Source: Psilocybe cubensis
Taxonomy: Eukaryota
DNA length: 64,000 bases
Direction of reading: 5' to 3'
Assembly (NCBI GenBank): GCA_017499595.2
Contig: CM039000.1
Span: 1,860,001-1,924,000, forward strand
Made by a program: the position numbers and the translations under genes. This document shows positions 63,183 to 64,000 of this stretch, piece after piece (position 1 is the stretch's first letter; each line of letters starts with the position of its first letter). The notes beneath the pieces are model-generated. The model saw only the letters and a program-made list of their open reading frames with translations. It made no database searches and had not been told where the DNA came from.

Positions 63183-63421
63183 TCTGTGACATCTAAGGGT
63201 GTTATACACACAACCCACCATTCTTTTTGCCGTAACATAGATAAAATTATAGTACTCATTATGTATCATATTTACTTGAACTTGACAAAAAAAACAGGCA
63301 AGTTCTGAGTTGTTATTGATAAGTTGAGGGGGTCGTAAGTGTAAATAATTGTTTTATTCGGCGTATAGAGGCATGATATGAACAAGCTACATGACGTCCA
63401 AAGATATTAGGACAAAGGAAA

Positions 63422-64000
63422 TTATCGTGCTTGCACGTAATCATCGATTTTCAGAAGTAGGCATACTGTTTCTGTCGAAAGTTCGACAGCGCTGGTGCTG
63501 ACCAATAAAGGTTGCACGACATCCTCTTCCAAGATGTTAGAAATTAGACCCTAAAATCAACGTTAATATGATTTTAGATTGTTCGAAGGCATAAGGTTAC
63601 CTTGCGAACGTTGATTCCAGCATTCCTCTCTCCCAAAGCATGGCGATTGCGCAACTCGGTCACAATAGCGATAGGGTTCAAACCAGCATTCTCTGCCAAG
63701 GTGGTTGGAATGACTTCAAGTGCGTCGGCGTACGCCTGGAAACAATAGGCCTCCATGCCCTTCAGCGATTGGGCATATTGCGAAAGAAGGCGAGAAACAT
63801 GAATTTCTGGGGCACCGCCTCCACCAATAAGGGCCCTTAATAGAAACATCAGTCAAATGAAGGTGATTGTTAGTTGTAATTCTGACCTTTTCTTCACCAA
63901 GCACCTAACGACACACAAGGCGTCGTGTAAGCTACGCTCACATTCGTCTACAACAAGGTTGTTGCTTCCAGTAGCGAGGATGCTGACAGTTCGTCCCCTA
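63422..64000 (-). CDS. CCT4: Chaperonin CCT/TRiC subunit delta, 3' part (continues beyond window)
   Basis: Contains [48 protein letters not shown] and [22 protein letters not shown]. Confidence 0.88.

Noticed and set aside
1-64000. tRNA, rRNA, snoRNA, CRISPR, mating-type locus or secondary-metabolite cluster
   Set aside because: No cloverleaf, rRNA motif, convincing C/D box pair, repeat-spacer array, homeodomain/pheromone receptor gene or PKS/NRPS/terpene synthase was seen by eye; a covariance-model search would be needed to exclude small RNAs.

Overview
Gene-dense, intron-rich eukaryotic DNA, inferred to be from a mushroom-forming basidiomycete (Agaricomycete) because of the ~50-60 nt introns, class I hydrophobin, copper radical oxidase and hybrid heme peroxidase. 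About 27 protein-coding genes can be reconstructed by eye across introns. They include AA5 copper radical oxidase, PNO1, an unusual protein kinase, a Bud27/URI-like protein, CTF18, hydrophobin, an MFS permease, CLP1, SWI5, a secreted heme peroxidase, PUS4, a DHDPS-family aldolase, NAD(P) transhydrogenase, a nucleotide-sugar transporter, a Rad9/Crb2-like protein, a LisH/CTLH protein, a PQ-loop transporter, LIN1, RAD54, a chromodomain protein, mitochondrial L3, RRN6-like, a mitochondrial carrier and CCT4. No rRNA, tRNA or CRISPR was seen. The most notable observations are: a TKL-like kinase with a WNK-type displaced catalytic lysine and two SAP/HeH-like modules; a 214-bp fold-back element with CACTG/CACCG ends and a TTA duplication; an exact 117-bp periodic repeat at the CTF18 N-terminus; a URI/Bud27-like protein lacking the prefoldin domain; an in-frame GC-AG intron inside a chromodomain; and a 4-nt microexon in NNT. 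All family calls come from motif recognition, not database searches. CDS coordinates span start to stop including introns.
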